Source: Octopus bimaculoides
Lineage: Eukaryota
Assembly: GCF_001194135.2 (NCBI RefSeq)
Contig: NC_068984.1
Span: 145,114,866 to 145,178,865, forward strand
DNA: 64,000 nt
Direction of reading: 5' to 3'
The notes below the pieces were generated by a model that searched no databases, was not told where the DNA came from, and saw nothing but the letters and a program-made list of their open reading frames with translations. This document shows positions 63,667 to 64,000 of this stretch, piece after piece (position 1 is the stretch's first letter; the number at the start of each line of letters is the position of its first letter). The translations under genes were made by a program, and so were the position numbers.

Positions 63667-63961
63667 AATGTTCTTACCGAACAACCACACAGATGATTTC
63701 TTTATAGTGATCAAATATTTGCGTATACATAAGCTCACTGTCTCACTCAAATCGACATTACCTGTACAGATGCAAATGGGTGCGACATGTCAGATGACGA
63801 AATGATCGCAGAGCAACGTGAAATGAAGTGCCTTGCTTAAGAACACAATGCAACACCCGGTCTGCGAATTGAACTCACGATCTTGCAATCGTGAATGCAA
63901 CACCCTAACCACTAATCCATGTGCCTATATATAGAAAGTCCTTATATATGTAGACACATGC

Positions 63962-64000
<39 letters not shown>

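Overview
AT-rich animal genomic DNA, dense in microsatellites and broken by many N gaps. The repeat landscape (tRNA-headed SINEs, RTE LINEs with (GAT)n tails) suggests a coleoid cephalopod such as Octopus; this is inference, not a database result. Almost all ORFs in the track are microsatellite or gap artefacts. Supported genes: (1) a four-coding-exon SLC16/monocarboxylate-transporter-family gene on + (join 22650-22857, 25243-25386, 29113-29964, 32285-32442; 453 aa from ATG 22650; all introns GT-AG, phase 1), which has lost several residues that are catalytic in MCT1; (2) an intact tRNA-Thr(AGU) at 60651-60724. The rest is transposon debris: RTE LINEs, four Dong/R4-like REL-endonuclease LINE fragments, mariner, maT/Tc1-like, hAT, piggyBac-like and Helentron-like elements, foldback MITEs and several SINE families. 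Most interesting observations: a PHD-finger-like C4-H-C3 module embedded inside the RTE reverse-transcriptase coding sequence; minimal type-I hammerhead-ribozyme motifs, one next to a tRNA-like SINE head; all four REL LINEs bounded by (TAA)n, three of them fused tail-to-tail with a SINE; a tRNA-Thr(UGU) fragment plus its genomic 3' flank inserted into the BED finger of a hAT transposase; and several long near-perfect inverted repeats.
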